From: the human T2T-CHM13v2.0 reference genome, Homo sapiens
DNA: 64,000 nucleotides
Direction: 5' to 3' (one strand)
NCBI RefSeq assembly: GCF_009914755.1
Contig: NC_060932.1
Below the pieces are notes generated by a model. That model had not been told where the DNA came from and did not search any database. It saw only the letters and a list, made by a program, of their open reading frames with translations. The position numbers and the translations under genes were made by a program. How positions within the stretch are numbered: position 1 is the first letter of the stretch; each line of letters begins with the position of its first letter. Positions 27,106-39,650 of this stretch are shown in pieces.

Positions 27106-28520
27106 GAGTGCTGGCTTAGCACCTTTGGCCCTAACGGAAATAGGGTTCTCCTAAAACAGATGACTCAGAGAACATCCTTGACATCAATGCCGTATTCAGA
27201 ATGAAGATCTTGAAAAGCAGACATGTAATGTTAAAAAGAGAATAGTAGTTGTTTTTTTTTTTTAACAATGCTTAATTTCTTTGAGAGAATACTGAACTCC
27301 TGAAACATCCAATTCCTCATTTGCAAAATGGGAGTAATGATGATTGCTGCCTCAAAAGGTTTGTGTGAGCATTTCACCAGCAGATGTATTTAAAGTATGC
27401 CTGGCAGAGAGTATTTAGGAATGCTTAGCTATTATTTATCTCATCCTCATCAATAAAAAACAATGATAAAACCTTTTTACTTAATTAAATATGTACACCA
27501 TTAAGCACATATCCTTAATTTACCAAGTTTTATGTAATTAATATATTTACAAATCATTGCTTTTCCACTTTAATTAGCTAACAGTTAATTTCTAAGGTAC
27601 CAAAAATTGAGACTCTTACTGAGAAAGATTCTCATCCTATTTTATTTATTAAATTAGAAAAACAGTACCTCTTAAGAGTTTACCAGGTGAATTTCTTTTA
27701 GATGAAAATTCTCCCTCAGTTATTCCTGGGTTGGTATCTTGACTGAGTGTCTTTTCTTCTTTATTTATCTCAAAGGTGAGTTCCATCTGCAGACTCTAAT
27801 AAATAATGATTAGTTTCAAATCATAGATTCCATTTTAACTCTTAGGAAGGGAAGTGTGACAATTCAGGAATGTGGTGTTCATGGAAGTCTGTGAAAACTT
27901 TGTGTTTGGGTCCATTCGTTTGTTCACACACTGTTTAAGACTTTTGTCTCCTGATGCCACATGTGACAGAGAAACTTCTTCATTTTGCTCATGACAAGAT
28001 GCTCCTGTTGCTGGGGTCCCACAGGGGTCTCAGTGCCTGCAGATCTCAGTTTAAGGAATGGCTTCAGCCCAAGAGCTTAGGGCACAGTTCCCCAGGCTCT
28101 TACCAACACCATGATGCAGTTATTCTTCGCTAATAAAAGGTGGGCTAGAAAATGCATTGCTCTGGGGTTTTCAACTTCTGAGTTTGTTGTTGTTCATATT
28201 GGAATGGACATAAGCTTATGCCTGCAGGGATGTCTGGTGTATCAGATGTCTGGAGTGTTGCTCCAGCAGCTCCCAGAGCATGGCCTGAGGGTGCTTGGCC
28301 CTGGGCTGGCTGTGGATTCGTGGGCCCATCCTGCGTTATGCTTGAGGCAGGACCTCAGCTTGGTGATGAAGGGCGCCTTGCCCATCAACTGTGGCCTATT
28401 TTTAGAAGAGTAATCTCTGTCAACTAAGAAAATAAAACTAGGATCATTAGGCTGTCTGAGAGACCTTTCAGATGAACTGTAGATGTTCATTTGTCCATTT
28501 TTATTGTGTTGTGACAAGCA

Positions 28521-28763
28521 TTTTTTAATAAACAGTTTTATTGAAATATAACTCACATACCACACAATTCACCAATTTAAAGTGTACATTTCAGTACTTT
28601 TAGTATGTCCACTGCGTGTGAAAACATCACCACAATCAATTTTGTAACACTTTTGTACCCCACAGAAGAAACTCTGTACCCATTAGCAATCAGTCCCCAT
28701 TCCCCTCCCACCCACGCCTTCCCAGCCCTAAGCAACCACTAATCTTTCTATTTCTATAAATTG
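28521..28763 (-). mobile_element. L1MB-type 3' end
   Basis: TTTATTGAAATATAACTCACATACCACACAATTCACCAATTTAAAGTGTAC...GCAACCACTAATCTTTCT. Confidence 0.85.
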
Positions 28764-28764
28764 T

Positions 28765-29222
28765 GCGGCAAACATTTTATTTTAAACTCCGCACTGGGAC
28801 CGCCCTGCCTAGCAGCCTGGCTGTCGCAGGACCGCCTCCCTCCTCCTCTGCCTCCAGCCCCCTCTCCAGACGCATCTCCTGGAGGTATTCTTCTTCTCTT
28901 CCCCTGTGTCCTGTCCCTCCCGTGCCCCTCAACTGTGGCCGCTCTGGCATCGCTGTGGGCCATAGTGGGGAGGTCGGATTTCTCCTCTGCCCTCCTCCTC
29001 CTCACCTTCCGTCTCTACTGGGGCCCCAAATCCCATCTTCCTCAGGGACTTTAGGGTCACACGAGTCAGAAACCTATGAAAACCGATGCAATCAAAGGAG
29101 AGAAGAGTGGGGGAAGGCCAGGGGAACCCCAGTGCAGGGACTTGGCAGTGGGGGTTGATTCTCGTCACCCTCTGCATCCGAGTGGGCCTGAGCTCTACTT
29201 TCTGTCTCTCTTGGTGCTTCTG

Positions 29223-29274
<52 letters not shown>

Positions 29275-29620
29275 TCTCTCTCTGTGGACTGGCGTCTTCT
29301 GGTCCTCTTCCTCCCAGTCCATAAGTAATAATCCCTAAAACAGCTTGACACAGATTCAAATCCCTGAATCTCAATTATAAGCTCCCAGAAAAGAAAATGA
29401 GTTGACTTGGACTGAATTGGGGCTTTGAATCAAGCAGCTCTAAGGGGCATAGAGGGGTGGGGGGTCCCGTGCTCACTGCATAGTCCGCAGGAGCTCTACC
29501 TCCAAGTGGGAGCCACACGCCTGCAGGGTTCAGAGCAGACCCTTCCCCAGGCCCCGCCTCTCTATTTCCAGGGGTGATAAAGCCATCTCTGGGCTGGCTT
29601 AAGAGACTGAGGGCTGAACT
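28765..29620. promoter_or_regulatory. GC/CpG-enriched candidate promoter or enhancer
   Basis: Visibly higher GC and CpG than flanks; GC-box-like CCCCGCCT near 29552 and TGATAA near 29575. Confidence 0.35.
29225..29282. repeat. Compound (TC)n(TG)n microsatellite
   Basis: (TC)16 then (TG)9 then (TC)4. Confidence 0.95.
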
Positions 29621-30349
29621 CAGAGCCCTGCCACCCCCAACAGCCTTGCAGCCTCCCTGGTGACTTTCTGGGCTGCTGGGGAGTCTTAACTATTCTCTCC
29701 TCCCTACCTCCATTCTTTCCTCCACAGGGAGCCCACTGGCCTCACTGCTGCTCTCCTGAGCGCTTTGTCTTCTCCTGCTGATCTGCTGGTCAAACGGCAG
29801 AACTTCATGTCATTGAAACTTGCTCTTAGACCTCTCCTCGTAGGAGAAGTTGCCATTCTCCTGGATAAGGAAAGGGTATAGTACACACTGGTCTCTTCAG
29901 AGTACTGGCTGCCTGCCCTCTTTCCTACTTCCTCATCCTGATTAACGGTCTGTCCTGCCTCTTGGCAACCCGTTGGCGCTCCTTAAGTTGTCTGTGGCCC
30001 ACTTGATCCTCCCAGGTCCTCCTGAAAAGCAGGCCCCAGGGCCTCCAAACCACATGCAGGCCAAGAACATGTTCAAAATGAAGAGATTTCTATATTTTAA
30101 AATATAAATGCTTACTCAATTATATTTTAAAACTTTTTATTTCAAGTGTACCATAGCTTAGATTTGGAAAGTTGACCTCTAGAAATCTAAACACAAGAAA
30201 TAACAAAGTGGGACCAAAAGTGTATTAATTCTTAGTACTCAATAAACTTTAAAAAAAAATTTCCAGTTTTGGTAAATAAATCCAGCAATCTTCTAGACTT
30301 TGAAGCTAAACAATTGGGACTGACATTTTCTGTGGCTGTCATTGTTGCT

Positions 30350-30930
30350 GTTTAGTAAGCTTTTATTGCATGTATGCGTGATGTGTAACATACGTGCACA
30401 AACAAACACAGTGAAATGCAGCTCCAGGAGCATCTACAGAATGAACCCTCTCATATCACCAGCATGTGGACGAAGGAGCAGCGCCTGAAGGCCCCTTTGA
30501 TGCCCCTGCTAGGCAGCGGTCCCTTGTGGGTGACCATGAGCATGGCTTCTAATACTCTGAATTCATTTGCCTTTTTTTTTTAGTTTCACATGAATGGTAT
30601 TATACAAGATATATTCATTTTTGTCTGACTTCTTTCACTCAAAGTTGAACTGAAGAGACACATTCCTGTTGTACGTTGTTATGGTTCACTTATTCTCATT
30701 GCTGTGTAGTATTCCATCTTGCAGATTTGCCAAATCACTCTATTATTGCTTCATGTTTAGAAATTTATTTCCAATTTGGGCTGTTAAAAACAGTGCTGCT
30801 CTGATCATTTGAATGCATTTCTTTGTTGAACACATGCACACATTTCTCTGGGTATATACTTGGGAGTGGAACTGCTGGGTCCTAAAGTGTGTATGTGTAG
30901 ACACTGCCCAATAATTTTTCAAGTTGTTTT
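30350..30930 (-). mobile_element. L1ME-like 3' fragment
   Basis: GTAGTATTCCAT...CATTTCTCTGGGTATATACTTGGGAGTGGAACTGCTGGGTC. Confidence 0.75.
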
Positions 30931-31108
30931 GCCTTTTAATAATGATTTTAAAGTATAAAAAATTATCTCACATCTGATAAAATTTTGATTTTTCCCAAAA
31001 GAGCTAACATAATTCTTTATGTTGTTTTACCTCTTAATAATGATTTAAAAGTATAAAAAATTATCTAACTTCTGATAAAATTTTGATTTTCCCCAAAAGA
31101 GCCAACAT
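30923..31108. repeat. Near-tandem duplication, 2 x 88 bp (98-bp period)
   Basis: 30923-31010 versus 31021-31108, 7 mismatches by eye, 10-bp spacer. Confidence 0.92.
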
Positions 31109-31767
31109 CTGTGTAATGCAATAACTACATTTTTTCTACTTCTAGAAGAAAAGGAATCATTATTCAGAGAAGGAAATGGCACAGAAGAGATTATAATTTT
31201 TCGATTAAAAGGGGCCATCAAGGTCTTATAGGACACTGAGATATGAAACACACACACTTGGTGGTGTGCCCGTAGTCACAACATGAAGGACAGTCAGGAA
31301 AGGATGTGCCTCCAAGTCCCAAGAATGACCCATGTGCTTTTCTTTGTTATTCAATTCTACAGACAAGTGTGGGTTCTTCTGCGGGCATGTCAGTACACTA
31401 AGCAATGTGCGAATTTCCGGTAAATACAGCAAAGAGCCTTGTGGCGTAGGAGCCTCCCCTTAGTGGAAAACCAAATCTCTACACACAGTAATTTTGCTGG
31501 AGTGAATTTTGGCTCTTACCAGACTTCTATCTCTAACAGGTAATCTATCATTTACAACAACTTGGCCCCTTTCTCTCTGCTTTTTATTACTTCTCCCCTA
31601 ATTCAAATCCTCATTACTTCAGAGCTGAATTATCGCAGCAGACTTTTGGCTAGGTTCCTCATTTATAACTTCTGCCCTCTCTAATCTATCTCAGCCTATT
31701 TCTGATCAGATTAGTCTTTATAAAACAACACATTCATTTTGCATCTCTTCTTGTCAATATTATTTAA

Positions 31768-32795
<1,028 letters not shown>

Positions 32796-34046
32796 TAGAA
32801 CACGCCTACTCATTCCTGTGGTCATCACGTTGGTCATTTAAACATTTTAATCCACTCACACGCTCTGCAGACATCTACTCCATGTCCTTCTCTTCTTGAA
32901 TGCTCCTCTGACATTCTACTCCACCTATGAAGCCATTCTTAATACTTCAGTATACATTGATTTATTCTTTTTCTGAACAGAGTGTATTTAAAATCACTGC
33001 CACTACAGTTAATACCTAAAATTTTTTCTCAAAAAAAAAAAATGTAATTTCCCTAAGAGGATTGCAATGTTTTAGATTCATTCTGTAGTGCTCCTCCTCC
33101 CAGAAATATTTGGCATAATTTGGGGCACTGGAGAGAGTGTCCAATATCTGGCCGATTTATACAAAATGTGAGATGGCATCTACAGCGCATCAAAATGATC
33201 CAAATATTTTTGCAACTTTTTGAATAGTTGCAATATATACATACTTTTTAACTCAAGCTGTTTTATTTGCTATTCAAGAACTTAAAAGAGATTTAAATAG
33301 TCTGGATTTTGAAATAAACTTCTCTAATTACATGTATGCTCATGAAAGTACATTTCTATTGTCCTTAAGAACAAGAGCTATCTGTTTACATCTTTTCATC
33401 TCATAAATTTTGTGTGCAGTAGATGCAAAATGAATGCATAGCAGCCCGCCAGTTCACTCCAGTATCTCATGGGAAGATTTGAATGGTTTCATGTTTGGAA
33501 ACAGATCTATCTGTGAAGTAAGGACATATCACTCATTTTGATTTGGAAAAAATGTTTTAGGTTCATGTGGTAATGTAGACATTATCTTTGGCTTATGTTT
33601 ATTGATTGGGTGAGATGTGAAGGAAAACTGATGCTTTGCAAATGGGAACTATGAAATGACATTGTAACCTGAGTCATCATAGAACATGAAATGTGATCTA
33701 AGGCCACACTATTTTTGCTATACCTTTTATGTTTCATAATTTGACTTGACTACTAGTGTTCTAAGAGGTCTGAAAGATGTGTTCCTTACCTACTTTAAAA
33801 TCAAGCTTGAAATTACCAAAGAAAAGCCGAGACTGCCTGGGAACCTTCCTAAACCGCTGACATGAGCTTGGCAGAGATGACTGACGGGAAGGACTGTTCA
33901 GAGTTGGGGACAAGAAGGGACCTGTTTTCCAAGAAGTTAAGGAAAGACTTTCTAAAAGAATGTTCTTACATATAAGTATAATGAGGTGGAAATTAGTTTC
34001 CACCATGACAAATACCATTCTTTTACAAAGTACCATATTTTCTAGA

Positions 34047-34240
34047 AGAGTGCTTTCCACTGCAGAACTTTCTGCAGTGATAGAACTGATCTGTGTCTGT
34101 GCTGTCTGACATGTGTCTATTTGCACACTTGAAATGTGGCAACGTGGCAATTGTGATTGAGAAATTGAATTTTTAATTTTAACTCACTTAAATGTAAATA
34201 GTCACATGTGGCTAGTGGCTACTGTATTGGACACAACATG
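34047..34240. mobile_element. MER3 (hAT-Charlie) relic
   Basis: AGAACTTTCTGCAGTGATAGAA...CACATGTGGCTAGTGGCTACTGTATTGGACA. Confidence 0.8.
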
Positions 34241-35807
34241 CTGGAGGAAACTGTATCTTTTTCATGTCTTTTAAAGGGGCTTAAAATAATTTTTTGCTCT
34301 GCTGTCTGGGTCAAAGACCCCAAATATTTTCACTGAGGGCATTTGCTTTTTAATTTCTCAAGGTGAAACGTTTTTAGGAAGAAATAGGGTGTGGGCAGTG
34401 CAAATGAAAGGTGGGACTGGCCCAGCTTCAGGGATGTACCACCTTCTGCTGTCCCTTGATACAGATGCCCTTTGGGTAGGGGAGGGGGCAGCTGCTTCTG
34501 CCCACGCTGGAGCTCCCTTCTGGAGAGATGCACATAGCAGCCGATGTTGCAGTTTAGAGGTAATCATTCCACAGAAGGGAAGCCATGCAATATCCAACAC
34601 AATGAAATGCTGTTTTTGAAAATAATTTGGGCACTTTATTAAAGCCAAAGGCCATATGATATGATAGGTCACAGTATTCAACATATTCATACTTATCACT
34701 AAAATAGGTTCTGGAGATCTTTAAAGTCAAGCATTTGTTTTTCAGTGTATTTTATTCCAGTAAATGTGAGAAACAGGTATATAAGAAAATCAAGCTTCAA
34801 TTAACATGTGCTGTGACTCAAACAAAAGAAAGGAAAGCTTTACTTAGAAAAAAAATAACTCTTCAGAAAATAACAGAAAATGTGAACTGTCAGTTAATAC
34901 AACAGCCAGTAGCCATAAGCAAGAGATTGGGAAAGCCTTGGGCCACTTAGGTGGACCAGCCTCAAGAGTGAGCTGAGAATGCTGAAATCACATTAAAGAG
35001 AGGAAAGTCTCTCCTATTTTTAAAGACACTTAGGGAGGAGAGCTAATAACCTCTTTCAGTAATTATGCCTTTTAATTATGAAGCACAAACTATTTTGTGC
35101 TGAAGCTCATGATTCAGATTCTAGTTCACATGCTTTTGAGGGGCCTCCTTGCCTCCTGGTGGGGTAGTTCCTGTCCGAGGAGGCAAGAGGCTTGTGGCCT
35201 GCTTGTCCCTTTCCCAGGCCTCTAAATCTGTCTCTTTGGCTTGAAATGTAGTGCGTATTAGAGCACTGGCATCGAGATTTGGGGAGAATTTCTATGAATG
35301 GATGCATGTGATGGCAGGCCCATAAATTACCAATGATGCACGAGAAGTAAAATCTCATCTTTGAAGCTTTGGTCCTGTGGGCCTATTTTGTCCATTTTAT
35401 GATTGTCCATCACAAATATGACATTGTGCCAAAAGAGAAAAATGTAACCAGATGAATGACATAAACCAAGAAAAAGAAGGCTATGACATCTGTGAGCCAA
35501 GATGTCTGTTCTTTATGGATCCATAGCTGTCTCTGTCTCTGGGGGACAAGACTCTTGGACTCTCAGTGGGGACAGGGGCTGGGACTTCTGGTGGCCTTGG
35601 TCTCTCATTCCTCATTTCTCTAACCTGTAAAAAAAGGAGGTGGCATTGAATTACAAGTGCACTGGTCCATTTTACAAAATTGCAAAAAATGCATGAACAC
35701 CGAGTGCTCAAGTGGTTCCATAAATACAGAGCTCTGATATCTGAATTTTAAGATGGAAACATTTCACAAAGGCATATAGCTTCCTTTTCTTAAAAATTAC
35801 CATAGCT

Positions 35808-36025
35808 CCAGCCTGGACAACATGGTGTAACCCCGTCTCTACTAAAAATACAAAAATTAGCTGAGCGTGGTGGTGCACACCTGTAGTCCCAGCTACTTGG
35901 GAGGCTGAGGCACAAGAATCACTTGAACCCAGGAGGCGGAGGTTGCAGTGATCCTAGATCACACCACTGCACTCCAGTGTGGGTAACAGAGGAAGACCCT
36001 GTCTAAAAAAAAATATATATATATA
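35808..36025 (+). mobile_element. 5'-truncated Alu (S-type) with (AT)n tail
   Basis: Starts mid left arm; TSD TACCATAGCT at 35798-35807 and 36026-36035. Confidence 0.9.
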
Positions 36026-39000
36026 TACCATAGCTTAGGTTGACCAGTAAATGACAATATGACAATCCAATCCCTATCTCCTTGATGAGGACTGTGCCTC
36101 ATGTTCAGACCTAGAATGCAATGAGGGCTTTTTCTTTTCAGTTATTGTTAAGTTATCGGGTCAAATAATGTAAAATGCATGTCAGAGCATGAGGTATTTA
36201 AATTCTGGCCTCTTTATTTTCCCCAGCAAACCATGTTATATTTTATCCGATTTAATTACTTTAGGATTATAATTTATTATTTGTCTTTGAAATAATTAAA
36301 GATTTTTTTCTTTTCTTTATTTCCTTAAACAATTAACAGCCAACTCTAAACCCATGAAGTGGTCAATTAGCTCAAGTGGAAATTAAAATTTGGCGCATCT
36401 ATTTTAAGGTCGATGTTGTTTTATTTCCCAGAGCTGGACTGCAGACTTCCTTGGCTCTGTCACAGAAAGCGTCCTTAGCAGAGAATGGGTTTCTCTTCCT
36501 ACTGAGGTGCTTCCCCACTATGAATTATTAAAGACTTGAGGATGAAAGTGTTATTGAAGACAAAAGTACAAATAAGCCAAGTGCACCCATGTCTTAATTA
36601 GATGACATTGAAGAAATGCTGCTCAGGAAACACATTTACTTTTTTTTTTCCTTTACTTCTAAGGTGTAGCCCTATTTAATCTTTGCCTAGAAACAAGTTT
36701 GTAATGAATGTATTTGGATAACGGGCAGCATGGCTTGGCCTGAGCCTTGCAAGCAGAGCTGCTGGCTGTGTCTCTGCCATTCGAGAGTCTATGGCTTCTT
36801 TATAACTTGCTAGACCCATCCAGCTATCCTGATTGTCCCTCATATTATCTAACTAATTGTTTCCATCATTTACTTTAGTCAACTAGTTCTCTCTTTCAGT
36901 TGACTCCCTTTTTCTAGGTGCTAGGGAACATGAAAAAATATAATACTAGAGCTGCCTTACGCTGTGACGTAGGAGAATCTGAAGGGAGGTCGGGGTGGGG
37001 ACAGGAGCAGGAGATGATGCATTTGAAAGGCTTAAAACACACAAGTAGGAGAGCAAGAGAAACAAAAGAAAAGAAGTGGGCCTGGATGGGGTGGTGGGGA
37101 GCCTTTGGCATCGAGAAAAAGTTTAAATTTATACATTACATAATGTTCATCAGAGTTTCTTGGCAGCACGGGGATGGTTTTTGATAACTAACAGGGTGAT
37201 CGTTCTCAGAATGGTTGTCAAATGGGAAGAGCGTTTCAGAAGATGCCCCAAGCTCTGGCCTTTGGAGTATTTATAGCTTAGCTGAGCCCATAGCCGGACA
37301 GCAGCCAGCAGGCTGGGATTAGGAAAAAACTAGCTGATATATTTGAGTCTAGTTGTTTGTTAACTATTGCAGAAGCAGGTGCTGCCTTAAGATGTACCTC
37401 ATGAGCACCTTTCCTAGGAGCATGTGGTGCTGGATCTAAGGAAACTTGCCTATCAAAAATCATAGTGAGGGCCTTGGCTATTTATGGATAACCAATCCAT
37501 ACAAGGGGAAACCATATTGACACATTCTTTATATTGGAAAGGCTTGCCTTCAAAGGTGCACCACGGTTCAAGGGGAAAACCTGCTCTTCAAGCTCAAAGA
37601 TTTAGATCCAAGTACTGGCCATTCTACTCCTAGATGTATCATCCCAGACAAATCAGCCTAAAGCTTCTATTTTTCATCTGTAAAATGTGGGACAATATTA
37701 CCTGGATTATGCATTACTGCTCTAAGATTATATAAACACCATTTCATGGGTTATTTGCTAAAATTGTTGTTGATCTACATAACTAGGTCTTCAAGTTAAT
37801 CAGAGCAATAGTTTAAACACTGAACATTGCTAGGTAACTGTAACTGTATTTCTGTGCCATTTTTTTCTCTTCTTGTTTTGGTTCAGTTTACATTAAAATC
37901 TGTGCTTATAAGTAAAACACAGCAGATTTATTGCAGGCTGATGCTGGTATGTTTTAGTATATGGGTTGCTAAAGAAGAAAGTAGGAGGAAGAAAGTTGTT
38001 AGCAGAGGGTTAGATTTAACTATTCCAGACTACGTAGATAAAATATAATTTGAGCATGCAACGATTATAGTATGGTTCTTGTAAAGATATCACTCATACT
38101 TAGGAAGTCGTGCATGACCCTTCATAACTCTCCCATTCCTCAGCTCACCCCCGGAACCCTGCCAGGGCCCTCTGCTCCCTATAACTGCACCTGTCCGTCC
38201 TTCTTCCCTTTTTCTGCTCAGCAAACTCCTCCTCACCCTGGAAAATCCAGTTCAGATGTTACCAGACAATTTTTTTTGTGTGGACATGCATAACCCCTTC
38301 TAAGCATCTCTTATATAACATTTATGACATGTCACAGCCATTTATGTGTTTTTATACCCCAGTAAAGTTCAAGCTCCATGGGTAGATGATGGTGTCTTTC
38401 TCATGGTGGTCTCCACAATACTGGTGCATAGTAAGTGCCAAAAGTCATTGGAAAAAAAGAAGGCATATATGGAAGAATGGAGAGTGAATGAACACATTTG
38501 TCTACATTTATGTCAGCAAGACAGCTAACATTTCTCCCTGCACCATTCCGTCTAACCTTTTTAAGAAACAGATGCTTTAGCCAAGGTATGATTGGTTGGA
38601 AATCCATCTCTAATTTTGGCAATTACTCAACTTGCACTCAGTATTTAAAGGAAGTTGAATAACAGCAGTGTATTAGTACTTTTTGTCAGTGTAAGATTGT
38701 CTTTTATTTATCATCTCTCAAGCTATAGGTAATACACACCCCAAATCATCTCCAGACAGTTAAGGCAATATTAGCAACATACGAATATTTAAAGAACAAG
38801 AATAGCACCACTATCTTGTTAAATCTAGAATTTATACTTTCATTTCTGGCCTGCCAAGCAAACTTCACAGGACATTATCTGACCTTAACAATTATCTGAT
38901 CTAACACTGACAGTAAAAGAAGCTGAGGCTATGGGAAAAACAGCAGGAATACAAGGTGAATTTCTATCACCAACTTCATCTGAAGCATAAGACATGCTGC

Positions 39001-39184
39001 CAATTGTACCGCAAACTTCTGTCTCTCCTCATTGTCTCATACATGACATGACTACAAAATGATCAGTGAATAAGCTGCACATAGAAATTCAAGCATTATG
39101 CTGCATTCCCAGCACAAATATCTAGCTATATGACAAAAAATAGATTATCATAATCTATTATAGTAGAGTGTACTTAAGAAACAT

Positions 39185-39650
39185 TTATATATTGTTTTTT
39201 ATAAGTATAAAAGTAATACATATTTCTTGTAAACACTGAAAAATCTAGAAAGGCATGAAAAAAGAAATGTTAAATTGCTGTATGCGCTCCCCTCACTATC
39301 AATAATTTTGTGTATTTCTATTGAAATGCAGAGACAGAGACAGGTCTACAGAATTGCATGCTACTATTTTCACTAACACTTCATTATCCTCATATCATTA
39401 AATAGTTATCAAAAACATTATTTTAATGCCTTATTAATATTCCAATGAGTGAATTCACCAAAATTTATTTGACCAATTTAGCCATTTCCCTAACATCGTC
39501 ACTATCTTTACTGTCAAAATACAATGAAGAATCTTGCAAGTATTTCTTTCTTGGTATTTTTATTTCATTAAATTAAATTCCTAGAAATGTAATTGCTGGG
39601 TGACAATATGAGGATTTTTAAGGCTTCTGATTTATAATGGCAAATTGCCC
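39185..39650 (-). mobile_element. L1ME-like 3' fragment
   Basis: AAATTCCTAGAAATGTAATTGCTGGGTGAC...GGCAAATTGCCC. Confidence 0.65.

Noticed and set aside
28754-29351. Pile-up of overlapping ORFs on both strands
   Set aside because: Explained by high GC (few stop codons) and the TC/TG microsatellite giving RERE/SLSL/CVCV peptides
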